Assembly (NCBI GenBank): GCA_018304465.1
Contig: JAGVWC010000008.1
Coordinates: forward strand, 108,096 to 172,095
Origin: Candidatus Iainarchaeum sp.
GTDB lineage: Archaea; Iainarchaeota; Iainarchaeia; Iainarchaeales; JAGVWC01
Direction of reading: 5' to 3'
DNA length: 64,000 nt
The notes below the pieces were generated by a model, which saw only the letters and a program-made list of their open reading frames with translations, did not search any database and had not been told where the DNA came from. Shown in pieces: positions 1 through 9,660 of the stretch; the stretch's first letter is position 1, and each line of letters opens with the position of its first letter. The position numbers were made by a program, and so were the translations under genes.

Positions 1-631
1 GGATCACCCATTCTCCGTCCTCCAAAAAAGCGCAATCGATCCAAATCCAATTCGAATCCTCTTTCGCCAATCGTTTGTAAATCTCGAACGTCCGGTTCAA
101 ATACGCTTCATCGGACTCGTGAACGTCTTTTGTTTTTCCCTTGCGATACTCTTGTTTTCGGTCCGCGCCTTCCAGCATCGAACGGCTGGCCTTGGGCGGA
201 AGATTCAAAAAAATCGTCTTGAACGGCTTTGGCAAACGCGACTCGACGCCTTTAACCCACTTGATAAAACCGTCTTGATCCGGCTTGGACAAATACTTTC
301 CGCCTTGATGCGCGAAATTGGAGGCCGAAAAACGATCGCACACGACGTTGATTCCCAGATTCAATCGGCGCTCCAATTCAATCTTGAAATCATACCGATC
401 CAGGGCATACAATAGCGCCACGAACTCGGGAGACAGCTCCTCTTTTGTCCCAAACTCGCCCGCCAGATACTGCCCCACCAGTCGACCAAAACGCTCGGTG
501 TACCGCGGAAACCCCGAATGCTCCGCCACAAACCCTTTGCGCTGCAACCGGTCCAACAACAATTTTGATTGCGTGGCTTTTCCAGACCCGTCCGTTCCCT
601 CAAAAACAATCAATCGACCCGTCAAATCCAT
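1..631 (-). CDS. tmk: Thymidylate kinase (dTMP kinase), 3' end runs off window
   Basis: Reverse-strand translation from ATG at 631: MDLTGRLIVFEGTDGSGKATQSKLL...DRFSASNFAHQGGKY. P-loop and DRY/F-like box typical of Tmk. Not in ORF track because no stop inside window. Confidence 0.85.
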   Translation of the reverse strand, partial: MDLTGRLIVFEGTDGSGKATQSKLLLDRLQRKGFVAEHSGFPRYTERFGRLVGQYLAGEFGTKEELSPEFVALLYALDRYDFKIELERRLNLGINVVCDRFSASNFAHQGGKYLSKPDQDGFIKWVKGVESRLPKPFKTIFLNLPPKASRSMLEGADRKQEYRKGKTKDVHESDEAYLNRTFEIYKRLAKEDSNWIWIDCAFLEDGEWVI

Positions 632-712
632 CACCGACTATAAAACCGAAGATACCATCAATAAAAAGTATTAAAATGATTCCCGAAACCAAGATGTATA
701 CCACTGTTTTTC

Positions 713-783
713 GCGTTCGTGGTCTAGCGGTATGATGAGAGCCTTCCAAGCTCTGGGTCCGGGTTCAACTCCCGGCGGACGCA
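713..783 (+). tRNA. tRNA-Gly (anticodon TCC)
   Basis: Cloverleaf by eye: acceptor GCGTTCG/CGGACGC with one G-U, anticodon stem AGAGC/GCTCT, loop CTTCCAA, T-arm GGGTTCAACTCCC. Confidence 0.8.
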
Positions 784-900
784 TTCTTTTACCAAAGAAA
801 AAAAATAACCCGATTTTGCTGCATAATATTACGCCACCCCTTTTGATGGTGCTTGTTTAAAAAGTTCTGGAAGTGGGTTTTTGTTTAAAAAAATAGGGCC

Positions 901-1530
901 CTAGTTTTTATCGGTTGCGCGTCGTCCCGGGCTTTTTCGGCGTTCTGCATATTTCAGAGGACCATAGCGCTTGCCGCCCTTATCCCGCTTTCGTCGTTCA
1001 GTTAAATACATTTTTCCTACCTGTACGCGGGGAACAGTGCGGCCCTTCCCCGAACCGATACCTTCGGGCACGTACAGTTTTCCTTTGTATTCTATCTTAT
1101 GAAATCGTCTTTTATTTTTTAAAGATTGGAAATCCTTTTTGTCCATTACAATAATCCGATTCTGTGAGCCGCGTCGTGTAAAAGATCTCCCTTGTTTTTC
1201 GTCTTGCTGGATTTGTTTCAAGAGTGCTTCCTTTGCCCCGTTTGGAATCTCCGCGTACCACTTAACAATCCCCCGTTGCGATTGTCGGCGTTCGTTTCCA
1301 GACCGCCGCGTAATGGTTTCTTTTCTTCTATCCACTTTTCCGGTTCGTCTTTCTCCTTGCCGTCGGTTGTTCGTCGCGCCTTCCTGTTGCCGCCAATAAA
1401 TCGGCACTATTCCACCTTCATTTGGGCGGGTAACTGTGCCTATGCTATTAATCTTGACTCTGCGTTCGACCATTCTTCTGTCGCCCACTTTTTTGGCAAT
1501 TGGTTTTGACATAATGCAAAATAAAGGCAC
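901..1530 (-). CDS. Hypothetical highly basic (R/K-rich) protein, possible RNA-binding; start uncertain
   Basis: 209-aa ORF, strongly basic composition, no family recognised. Confidence 0.4.
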   Translation of the reverse strand: MPLFCIMSKPIAKKVGDRRMVERRVKINSIGTVTRPNEGGIVPIYWRQQEGATNNRRQGERRTGKVDRRKETITRRSGNERRQSQRGIVKWYAEIPNGAKEALLKQIQQDEKQGRSFTRRGSQNRIIVMDKKDFQSLKNKRRFHKIEYKGKLYVPEGIGSGKGRTVPRVQVGKMYLTERRKRDKGGKRYGPLKYAERRKSPGRRATDKN

Positions 1531-1648
1531 TTGCTATTTTTAACGTTGCTGGCTTTTAAACAACCGCGCCTGGTTTTGCCTTCCAATATTACTCCCCAAC
1601 CCCTTTCGACCCATACGTCTAAAAATACCGAAATACACAATACAAAGC

Positions 1649-2437
1649 ATGCCAAAGCCACGAAAAGAAAGACCCGGTGGAAAAGAAAACAGAAAAAAAA
1701 AGGCCATTCAAGCATTTCGGGACGCACATGACCGATTCGTTAAATCACAACAACAGTACCGAATCGAACAAAAAAAATACCGCTTATTGCTTGAATCCGA
1801 AAAGTGGCTTTCCCCTTTGCGAATGGCCCGACACGGAAACCAACTGGCTTGGCGCGCGATTACTTCGCTTCAACACGAGCAAGAATTCCATAACGCGATG
1901 TTTCGCTTGGCGATCGATTATCCCGATACCATCCGGTTACCGGATTGGATCAATCGCCGCATGATCGAAGCCGCCGCGAACCTGGAAGAAATGGAAACAC
2001 TTCGCGACGAAAGCCAGCGAAACTTTAATTCGTTCCGAGAAATCTGGAAAGTCGCAGTCCCGCGTCTCGTCAAAGCCGTCAAAGCCACTCCCAGATACGA
2101 ACAACTGCGAATGCACCTGCGCGAAAAACGCAAGCTGGCGGTTCAAGCGGAAGAAAGCTTCGACCAGTTCGCGCAAAAAATCTGGGCGGACCCCAAAATT
2201 TCAGATCCGCAAAAAGTCCGGTCGCTTGCGGAAGCCGAAACCTTCGTTTCCAACGCCAAAATGGTCCAAGAAGAAACCGAAATTCATTTTATTCAATTCG
2301 CACGCGCCGTCGCGGTAAAAGTGAACGCCTCCCACGGACCCAAAATCTCGCAAAGCCTCATCGATGAACTCGCACGACAGATATACACCCACCGGCAACT
2401 GGCCAGAATTTACTCTACTCGCGGAAGGACCCGATGA
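1649..2437 (+). CDS. Hypothetical protein, basic N-terminus, helical
   Basis: 262-aa ORF with codon usage like neighbours; no recognisable motif. Confidence 0.45.
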   Translation: MPKPRKERPGGKENRKKKAIQAFRDAHDRFVKSQQQYRIEQKKYRLLLESEKWLSPLRMARHGNQLAWRAITSLQHEQEFHNAMFRLAIDYPDTIRLPDWINRRMIEAAANLEEMETLRDESQRNFNSFREIWKVAVPRLVKAVKATPRYEQLRMHLREKRKLAVQAEESFDQFAQKIWADPKISDPQKVRSLAEAETFVSNAKMVQEETEIHFIQFARAVAVKVNASHGPKISQSLIDELARQIYTHRQLARIYSTRGRTR

Positions 2438-2760
2438 ACAAACCCAAAACCAAAAACTTCGTCGAACAACTCGCCACCGAGCGAATCGAGCGATTGTTCC
2501 AGCTTGCCTCCGAAGAATTTTCCTACAATCCGCACTACAGCCACGAATGGACAAAACTCGCGCTACGCATCGGAACCCGAAACCGCGTGCGGATGCCCGA
2601 TCAACTCAAAACCGCGTACTGCAAAAAATGCCGCTCGTTTTTGGTCGAAGGAAAAAACAAGGCAACAACCGTCCAAAAAAACTGGATTATGATTGAATGC
2701 CAAGAATGCCACCAGCGGTTCAAGCGGAAAAAACCATTAAATACCACGCGACCGCAATAA
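2434..2760 (+). CDS. rnp4: RNase P protein component 4 (Rpp21/Rpr2 family, zinc ribbon)
   Basis: ERIERLFQLA N-terminal helix plus CKKC...CQEC zinc ribbon; size 108 aa; start overlaps upstream stop. Confidence 0.7.
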   Translation: MNKPKTKNFVEQLATERIERLFQLASEEFSYNPHYSHEWTKLALRIGTRNRVRMPDQLKTAYCKKCRSFLVEGKNKATTVQKNWIMIECQECHQRFKRKKPLNTTRPQ

Positions 2761-3090
2761 CAGCACGAACCCAACGCGATTCTTATGACAGACGAAACCA
2801 TTCCCATTTTCCCGAACAATACGGAACCGGAACCCAAAGAAAAAAAATGTTTAAACGAAAACATGAGCAGAACAGTACAAGAAACGAATCCAAAATATAA
2901 AAAACTTGGCCAAAAAACGCGTTTTGACCGCGATTTTGGACACCCGAATACGTTTAAAAACCTGTTTGAAGATTAAGTAGTAATACAAAAAACCGCTTTT
3001 TTGGTTTCCTTTTAAAGGTCAAGCCAAAGTGCCGAAAGGCGCAAAAAAAGCACTTGTAATTCAATCATTTTTCTAGCCGAGGAACCTATC

Positions 3091-3681
3091 ATGAAAAAAG
3101 TGACCGCATTCGACGTGCCCAGCGCACTGCTCATTGAAGACATTGCCGCCCAATTAACCCAAAGCCCGGGATTCAAACAACCCGCATTTATTGAATTCGT
3201 TAAAAGCGGCGCCCACCGAGAACGCGCGCCTAGCCGAGCCGATTGGTACTCGATCCGAATGGCATCTGTTTTGTACCGCGTCTACAAAGACGGTCCCCTT
3301 GGAACCGAATCCTTACGAACCTATTACGGCGGACGAAAAAACCGCGGTGTTCGACCCCACAAATTTACCAAAGCATCCGGAAAAGTCATCCGATTATGCC
3401 TTCAAACCCTTGAAAAAGAAGGATTCATCAAAAAAGCCAAAAAAGGACGCGAAGTCACTGGCAAAGGCCAAGCGCTTTTAACCAAAACCGCCAATGACCT
3501 TTACCCGAACATCGAAAACCGGGTCAAGCAAATGGTCGAAAATCGAAAAGCAAGACACGTCGAACGACTCAATCGCGAACGCGAAACCAAAGCCGCCGGA
3601 GCCATGACGAAGCGACCGGAAGACGACAGAAAAAAAGACGGTAAAAAGTCGGACCGACCCAAAAAAGAAGGCAAAGAATAA
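3091..3681 (+). CDS. rps19e: Ribosomal protein eS19 with charged C-terminal extension
   Basis: APSRADWYSIRMASVLYRVYKDGPLG...YGGRKNRGVRPHKFTKASGKVIR matches the eS19 core; about 50 extra K/R/E-rich residues at the C-terminus. Confidence 0.8.
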   Translation: MKKVTAFDVPSALLIEDIAAQLTQSPGFKQPAFIEFVKSGAHRERAPSRADWYSIRMASVLYRVYKDGPLGTESLRTYYGGRKNRGVRPHKFTKASGKVIRLCLQTLEKEGFIKKAKKGREVTGKGQALLTKTANDLYPNIENRVKQMVENRKARHVERLNRERETKAAGAMTKRPEDDRKKDGKKSDRPKKEGKE

Positions 3682-4005
3682 ATGAACGATGAAACCGACG
3701 AATCGTTTTCGAACACCAAAGAGGAGTACAAAAAAAGATTGATGGAAAAACAAGCGCAATCACAAGCCGAACAAGAAACCGCGCAAAAAATCGACGCCTT
3801 GTTGCGATCGATTCTTGAAACCGCGGCCAAAGAACGGTTATCCAACGTGCGCTTGGTCAACCCGGAACTGTATATGAAAGCAACGCAAGCCATATTGTTT
3901 CTTGCGCAAAACAAACAGTTCTCGGGAAAAATCAGCGGAGAACAACTCAAACAAATATTGCAACGATTAAGCCAAAAACGAGAAACCAGCATCAAACGAA
4001 AATAA
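3682..4005 (+). CDS. PDCD5/TFAR19-like dsDNA-binding protein
   Basis: ILETAAKERLSNVRLVNPE...GKISGEQLKQILQ matches the archaeal PDCD5 family; conserved position after rps19e. Confidence 0.65.
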   Translation: MNDETDESFSNTKEEYKKRLMEKQAQSQAEQETAQKIDALLRSILETAAKERLSNVRLVNPELYMKATQAILFLAQNKQFSGKISGEQLKQILQRLSQKRETSIKRK

Positions 4006-4020
4006 AAAAAGGGATGAACT

Positions 4021-4299
4021 ATGGGAAGCCGAAAAACACAGGAAGAAAAAGATTTCTTAATTACGATCCGCCGAAAAATCAGCGATCGCTTAAGCCCCGC
4101 GCCCGTCTGGGTCACCGTCAAAAGCGGCAAGCGGCATTACAATCAAAAACAACGCCGACACTGGCGAGAAACCCACCTGATGCTGGAATTCGCGGCGCAA
4201 AACAAGAAAACCGCGGGAATCAAAACCAAAACCCAACAACGCAAAAAAATCCGGTCGCAAATCAAGAAATACAACAAAAAAACCGGAGAACGACGATAA
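4021..4299 (+). CDS. rpl39e: Ribosomal protein L39e with C-terminal basic extension
   Basis: PAPVWVTVKSGKRHYNQKQRRHWRETHLML is the L39e signature; the ORF continues about 35 aa past the usual C-terminus. Confidence 0.7.
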   Translation: MGSRKTQEEKDFLITIRRKISDRLSPAPVWVTVKSGKRHYNQKQRRHWRETHLMLEFAAQNKKTAGIKTKTQQRKKIRSQIKKYNKKTGERR

Positions 4300-4311
4300 A
4301 TTTACGAGTGA

Positions 4312-4791
4312 TTGAAAATGGCTCCAAAAAAGAAAACAGAAACCCAAACCAGAACCCTGACGATTTCGCTTGCCCAAGCACGACGCGCCTCGGCAAAAAA
4401 ACGCGCGAACAAAGCGATCAGCGTGATCCGAAACGACATCAAAAAACACACGCGACAAAAAATCGCCAACATCCGTCTCTCCGATGGAATCAACCGGGAA
4501 ATCTGGAGCCAATCCACGTTTAACATTCCCGCGCGCATCACCGTTTCTCTTTTGGTCGAAAAAGAAACCGTCCGCGCGTTCCTTGAAAAAACCAAGGAAA
4601 TAGACGCCTATTTGAAAACCAAAGACGCCAAGGAAAAAGCAAAGAAAAAAGAAGAAGCCAATGCCAAAGAAGAAGAGAAAAAAGAACCCGCCGAAAAAAA
4701 AGAAGAAGCGGCCAAAGAAGAGGAAAAAGAGCAAAAACTGGCGGAAAAAAAGGCCAAGGAAGACAACGCCAGGGCCGCAGAACTGAAGTAA
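4312..4791 (+). CDS. rpl31e: Ribosomal protein L31e with long K/E/A-rich C-terminal tail
   Basis: L31e core (RTLTISLAQARRASAKKRANKAISVIRNDIKKHT...IPARITVSL) followed by about 60 aa of KEKAKKKEE low-complexity. Confidence 0.75.
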   Translation: MKMAPKKKTETQTRTLTISLAQARRASAKKRANKAISVIRNDIKKHTRQKIANIRLSDGINREIWSQSTFNIPARITVSLLVEKETVRAFLEKTKEIDAYLKTKDAKEKAKKKEEANAKEEEKKEPAEKKEEAAKEEEKEQKLAEKKAKEDNARAAELK

Positions 4792-4799
4792 GGAACCCC

Positions 4800-5456
4800 A
4801 TGCGCGTCCAAAAACTATCCATTCGAGGCAGCCCCTTTGTCGGAGTGTTTCTCAAAGCAACAGACAAATTCTGCCTGGTTCCCGACGGATTGATTCCCAA
4901 AGACAAAAAAACGATTCAAAACATCCTCGGCGTCGAACCGATCGAAACCCGCATCGCGAACGCGTCCATCATCGGCGTGCTCTGCATCGCCAACCAAAAC
5001 CGCGTCTGCTTACCCAGCATGGTGGAACAAAAAGAAATCGACGCGTTGGAAAAAACCGGAATCAAAACCAGCGTGATTCCAACGGTCGAAGCCATCGGAA
5101 ACATGGTGTCGATCAACGACCATATCGGGCTCTGCGGAAACGCGTTGCGCGAAGAAACCCGCAAAACCCTTGAACGCGAACTCAACATCCCCATTGAACG
5201 CGTGACGATCGCCGGATCCGATCTCGCCGGAAGCGCAAGCATTCTGACCAACAAAGGATTCGTTTGCCACCCCAAAACACGACCCGACGAATACAAAATC
5301 CTCGAAGAAAAAACCGGTCTCAAAGGAAACCCGTCAAGCGCCAATTACGGCGACTTGTTCGTCGGAAACAGCGTGACCGCCAACAGTTTCGGCGCGTTGG
5401 TCGGAGAACACACGACCGGATACGAAATGATTGCGATTGACGAAGCACTGTCATAA
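4800..5456 (+). CDS. eif6: Translation initiation factor 6 (aIF6)
   Basis: 218 aa, pentameric-repeat pattern (GSPFVGVF...TNKGFVCHP...GNSVTANSFGALVG); conserved position after rpl31e. Confidence 0.85.
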   Translation: MRVQKLSIRGSPFVGVFLKATDKFCLVPDGLIPKDKKTIQNILGVEPIETRIANASIIGVLCIANQNRVCLPSMVEQKEIDALEKTGIKTSVIPTVEAIGNMVSINDHIGLCGNALREETRKTLERELNIPIERVTIAGSDLAGSASILTNKGFVCHPKTRPDEYKILEEKTGLKGNPSSANYGDLFVGNSVTANSFGALVGEHTTGYEMIAIDEALS

Positions 5457-5471
5457 AAGAAAGGTGATTCC

Positions 5472-5669
5472 ATGAAAAAACAAACAACCAAAACATTCGA
5501 AATCAAAGGAACCGTACAATTCGGCGAAAAAAACGTGCCGTTTGTCAAAAAAGTCTCAGCCAACAACGCAAACCACGCAAGCGAAAAAGTCTTAACCCTT
5601 TTCGGTTCCAAGAATAAAGTCAAACGGCGATCCATCAACATCACCGAAAGCAAAGAGACCAAGGAATGA
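5472..5669 (+). CDS. rplX: Ribosomal protein LX (L20A/L18Ae family)
   Basis: 65-aa ORF FEIKGTVQFGEKNVPFVKKVSANNANHASEKVLTLFGSK in the canonical operon slot between aIF6 and prefoldin alpha. Confidence 0.65.
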   Translation: MKKQTTKTFEIKGTVQFGEKNVPFVKKVSANNANHASEKVLTLFGSKNKVKRRSINITESKETKE

Positions 5670-6106
5670 ACACGATGAGCGAACCAAGACCCATTCAAAT
5701 GAATTTTCAGCAAGCCATCCAAATGCTTCAGCAAGAACGCGCTTCGTTTGAAGCATTGCAAGAACGCATGGAAAAATACCGGTTAAACTTAGAAGAAACC
5801 CTGATCGTTCAAGAAGCATTAAACACCGTTCAAAAGCTCAAAGAAGACAAAAGCGTCAAAATATCGCTTGGAGCAGGAGTCTATATGGACGCCAACCTCG
5901 TGACCACCGACAAAGTACTCATTACATTGGGCGGCGCCATCCTAAAACCCGCCAGCATTCCCGAAGCCCTCAAAGGCCTTGAAAACCGACAAAAAGAAGC
6001 CGAAATGGAAATCGCCAAAATATCCGAAGAACAACGCAAACACATGGCCAACATCAACAGTTTAACGCAAGTCGCACGGAGCCTGGGAGACAAAAACCGG
6101 CAATGA
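5666..6106 (+). CDS. pfdA: Prefoldin alpha subunit
   Basis: Coiled coil - beta hairpin (KISLGAGVYMDANLV) - coiled coil architecture, 146 aa, operon context. Confidence 0.75.
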   Translation: MNTMSEPRPIQMNFQQAIQMLQQERASFEALQERMEKYRLNLEETLIVQEALNTVQKLKEDKSVKISLGAGVYMDANLVTTDKVLITLGGAILKPASIPEALKGLENRQKEAEMEIAKISEEQRKHMANINSLTQVARSLGDKNRQ

Positions 6107-6115
6107 CGGATTCCC

Positions 6116-7273
6116 ATGTTCGACTTACTCAAAAAAAAACTCAGCGAATTCTCAAACCAACTTAAACAAACCATTCAACAAAAAACCGGCGAAGAAAACG
6201 CCAAACCAGCCGATTCTTCCAAAGCAACGCTTTCGAACACACCAATCGAACCTATTTTCGAAGACAAACCGGTTCCAATCACACCCACAGAAAAACCCGT
6301 TTTGAAAACCCCCATGATTGGAAAAAAACCACCCAAAGAAAAACCATCCGTATCAAAGCCGATTGCAAAAGACAAACGCGAACTCAAAACCAAAATCGGA
6401 ATCCTCGAAAAAACAAAAGCGATTTTTTCCGGAGAAATCGAACTAGGCGAAAAAGAAATCGCGAATCTGTTGGACGAACTCGAATTCGCGTTGCTTGAAG
6501 CCGACGTCGAACAAGAAACCGCCATCAAAATCGTTGACGCCATGCGTCAACGCCTGGTCGGAAAAAAGATTTCCAGCCGACAAAACATCGACGAATTCAT
6601 CAAAACCGAAATCAAACACGCGCTCGTCACAAGCCTTGAAATTCCCGATTACCAACCGTTTCTTTTCCGCATTCAAACCAAAAAACCATTTGTGATTCTC
6701 TTGCTTGGACCCAACGGCGCGGGAAAAACCACGACACTCGCCAAAATCGTGCGGCTCCTGCAAAAAAACAACAAAACCGCAATCCTTGCCGCCGCGGACA
6801 CGTTTCGCGCGGCCAGCATCGAACAACTCGAACAACACGCCAAACGCTTAAACGTCCGCCTCGTCAAACACACGTATGGCGCGGACCCGGCTGCCGTCGG
6901 ATTCGACACGATTGCCGCGGCCAAAAGCCACGATATCGACGTAGTTCTCATTGATTCCGCGGGACGCCAAGAAACCAACCAAAACCTCATGAAAGAACTG
7001 GAAAAAATCATCCGCGTCTGCAAACCCGACTTGAAACTATTCATTCTGGAAGGATACGCCGGACAAGCGTCGCTTGCCCAAGTCAAAGAATTCGACAAAC
7101 ATCTTTCCATTGACGGCGTGGTACTCACCAAAATGGACACCGACCCCAAAGGGGGCAGCGCGCTCTCCGTGCTCCACGAACTCAAAAAACCCATTTTTTT
7201 CATCGGAACCGGACAAGGCTACGACGACCTGGAAGAATTCGAACTCGAAAACGTACTCGACAAAATCGTTTGA
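6116..7273 (+). CDS. ftsY: Signal recognition particle receptor FtsY
   Basis: NG domain: LLGPNGAGKTTTLAKI, AAADTFRAASIEQLE, DSAGRQ, TKMDTDPKGGSALS, FIGTGQGYDDLE. Confidence 0.9.
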   Translation: MFDLLKKKLSEFSNQLKQTIQQKTGEENAKPADSSKATLSNTPIEPIFEDKPVPITPTEKPVLKTPMIGKKPPKEKPSVSKPIAKDKRELKTKIGILEKTKAIFSGEIELGEKEIANLLDELEFALLEADVEQETAIKIVDAMRQRLVGKKISSRQNIDEFIKTEIKHALVTSLEIPDYQPFLFRIQTKKPFVILLLGPNGAGKTTTLAKIVRLLQKNNKTAILAAADTFRAASIEQLEQHAKRLNVRLVKHTYGADPAAVGFDTIAAAKSHDIDVVLIDSAGRQETNQNLMKELEKIIRVCKPDLKLFILEGYAGQASLAQVKEFDKHLSIDGVVLTKMDTDPKGGSALSVLHELKKPIFFIGTGQGYDDLEEFELENVLDKIV

Positions 7274-7290
7274 CTGTTTATCAACCAAGT

Positions 7291-8472
7291 TTAATTCAAA
7301 AAAACGAACGCGTATTCTTGACTCTTTAAACCACTCGAAGAAACAATCGAAATTTCTTCCGTCGAATTCGAAGCAACATCATACAACTGCGCGCTTTTGA
7401 GCAAATAATCGCTTCCGTATGAGACAATCAAAAGCTTTCCACTATCTTCGTCGATCGAAAGGCCTTTTTCATCCGAATCAAGCGCCACCTCAATAAGACT
7501 CTTGGCAGTGCCGTCAAGACCAAAGCGCTTGACCGTATACACGCTTCCATTTTTTACATATCCATACAACGCGTCACTACCGGAAAAAAACGTTCCGGAC
7601 GAAACATTTGAAAACAATTCTTCCGACACCTTGCCCGTGAACAGATCGTGCCTTCGAATTGACGCGGTTTCGGAATCATAATCCGTCACCACCGAAAGCA
7701 ACGCGTTTTGAGCCGTAAAAAAATCACCTTCATTATCTGCATCCCCATACGAAAGCAAGTCCGAGCCGCTCGCCGTCCCCAATGACTGAACCATCAAAGC
7801 GCCGCCGCCCGACCGACGGCCATAAAAATCATTCACGATTCGATCACGATAATACACCTTATCCCCCACCACCGTCAGATTCGTCGCGTCAAAAGTAGTC
7901 GAGGAAATCGCGGACGCGTTTTTTGGATCCACTTCGTTTAGCACTGTACTCGTGCTTCGCCGCGTCACCGTAAACAAACGTCCATTTTGCGTCATTGGAT
8001 AAATCGTACTTTCCGAATACGAAGTCGAAACCGTGGACGCCATCACGTCAAAACGATCAACCACCGGAATAAACCGCACCACGCCTTTATGACTCGTTTC
8101 CCAGCGAATGTTGGTTACATACCCGCTTCCATCGGCGGTGTTTTGCACCGAAACCGGCAAACGACTGGCCACATCCCCCAAATAAGCGCGATAAAACAAT
8201 GCGATGCTTCCGGACGGAACCGACGGCTGTGAAGGGGTATCATCCGGCCGCACCGGAATGCGATCATTGTTTGTATCGGAAAATTTTTTCAACGCATTAT
8301 CCTGATTGCGCACGGGTAGGCCACGGTTATCGTTTGAATTTCCCGAAAAATCCGAAAGCACATACACGACCACCGAAAGCAAGGCGATGGCCAAAATCAC
8401 CACTAAAAACCAAGGAAGCTTCGTCGAAGAATTATCCGTTGACGCCATGTCAACATAAGGAATTCGATACAT
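7291..8472 (-). CDS. Secreted/membrane-anchored hypothetical protein (N-terminal TM, S/T/D-rich, repeated aromatic-containing beta segments)
   Basis: 393-aa ORF; hydrophobic segment LPWFLVVILAIALLSVVVYVL near N-terminus; no enzymatic motif. Confidence 0.55.
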   Translation of the reverse strand: MYRIPYVDMASTDNSSTKLPWFLVVILAIALLSVVVYVLSDFSGNSNDNRGLPVRNQDNALKKFSDTNNDRIPVRPDDTPSQPSVPSGSIALFYRAYLGDVASRLPVSVQNTADGSGYVTNIRWETSHKGVVRFIPVVDRFDVMASTVSTSYSESTIYPMTQNGRLFTVTRRSTSTVLNEVDPKNASAISSTTFDATNLTVVGDKVYYRDRIVNDFYGRRSGGGALMVQSLGTASGSDLLSYGDADNEGDFFTAQNALLSVVTDYDSETASIRRHDLFTGKVSEELFSNVSSGTFFSGSDALYGYVKNGSVYTVKRFGLDGTAKSLIEVALDSDEKGLSIDEDSGKLLIVSYGSDYLLKSAQLYDVASNSTEEISIVSSSGLKSQEYAFVFLN

Positions 8473-8501
8473 TTAAAAGTAACGGTTTTGATATCAGTAA
8501 A

Positions 8502-9584
8502 ATGAGAAAACTTGCCATCGTGTTGTTACTCCTCCTGCTCGCAGCCTCGACGATCGCATTCACAATCCGAGCCCCGGGATTAACCCAGCGACGACTCACC
8601 AGTCCCAACAGCACGCCTCAATGCGTCACAAGCGCGGATTGTCCCAACGGAGAAAAATGCGTTGGACGCAGATGCGTGGAGGACACACAAGATAGAACGC
8701 CGCTTGGACCCAAACCGTATGAACCCGAACCAATTGAACAACCAAGCCAACCGTTCTCCGCAGCCCTTAACCGTACCTGCACCGAAGACACCGACTGCCC
8801 CACCGGACAATTATGCGATGACGGTCTCTGCTCTTCCGAACGCCAAAACGTGGTCAGGCTCATCCTCAAATACATTGCCAAAATCCAGAGCCCTCCGGCT
8901 CCGGACGACGGTTCCTGCACCACCAATGCGGACTGTCCCATCGGCCAGTTCTGTCGCTCGAATATTTGCAAGACAATGGCCGAAATCATTGATGAAGGCG
9001 GAGACGGCTCGCCGGACCCCGAACCAGACGAACCGGAACCCGACACTCCCGGCGCTGCCCTGTGCCAAATCTTTGAAGGTGAATTATACCCGATCAAAAC
9101 CGACATTGCGTGTACTCCAACGCCTGCCAGCGGCCGAATCCTTGAAATCATAAACGATTTGGAAGTGTATTGGGACGCGTTGGATAACCGGCATGAAAAC
9201 CGGGTTGTTCGCATCCTTTACCAGAACGGCCCTCTGGGTGCGGTCCAACCGCTCATTGGATTTCTTGACGGGCGGTATTGTGGCGCAGGATTGCCCCCCG
9301 GCATACTGCCCGAAGGCGATTTCCAAGTATTTACGCGTTCCCCAGACGAAACTACGTTTGACGACCAATATGATATCCGGCCGGAAATTGGTTGGTGGGA
9401 CGAACCCAGCTACGAATTTCCCTGTTACCATCATCACTTCGACCAAATGATTCTCTGTGACGGCCGCCTCACCGAAAAAAGCCGCTCGATTCGAATCAAC
9501 CACCCGGACAACACCAAAATCACGGTCCGCATGAGCGGATTCTATCCCGACTTCGCCTACATCACTGAAGGATACTGCGAATAA
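8502..9584 (+). CDS. Secreted cysteine-rich protein with three C-x3-DCP-x-G-x2-C-x4-C repeats
   Basis: Signal peptide MRKLAIVLLLLLLAASTIA; repeats CVTSADCPNGEKCVGRRC, CTEDTDCPTGQLCDDGLC, CTTNADCPIGQFCRSNIC; P/E-rich linkers. Start chosen at 8502 rather than 8199 to avoid overlap with the divergent gene. Confidence 0.6.
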   Translation: MRKLAIVLLLLLLAASTIAFTIRAPGLTQRRLTSPNSTPQCVTSADCPNGEKCVGRRCVEDTQDRTPLGPKPYEPEPIEQPSQPFSAALNRTCTEDTDCPTGQLCDDGLCSSERQNVVRLILKYIAKIQSPPAPDDGSCTTNADCPIGQFCRSNICKTMAEIIDEGGDGSPDPEPDEPEPDTPGAALCQIFEGELYPIKTDIACTPTPASGRILEIINDLEVYWDALDNRHENRVVRILYQNGPLGAVQPLIGFLDGRYCGAGLPPGILPEGDFQVFTRSPDETTFDDQYDIRPEIGWWDEPSYEFPCYHHHFDQMILCDGRLTEKSRSIRINHPDNTKITVRMSGFYPDFAYITEGYCE

Positions 9585-9660
9585 CAATCCAGACAATCGT
9601 TCAAATCCTTTTCCCGTCATAGAAAACCATTAATAAATCCAAATTGTTAAAGTACTTCAT

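Noticed and set aside
4014-4734. Long overlapping ORFs 4014-4523 (+) and 4090-4734 (-) across the rpl39e/rpl31e region
   Set aside because: Alternative-frame and antisense reading of K/E-rich r-protein genes; F/G-rich or N/Q/R-rich low-complexity products with no motifs.
8199-8501. Extended N-terminus (from 8199) of the Cys-repeat protein
   Set aside because: Would overlap the divergent gene 7291-8472 by 270 bp; a Met at 8502 immediately precedes a textbook signal peptide.
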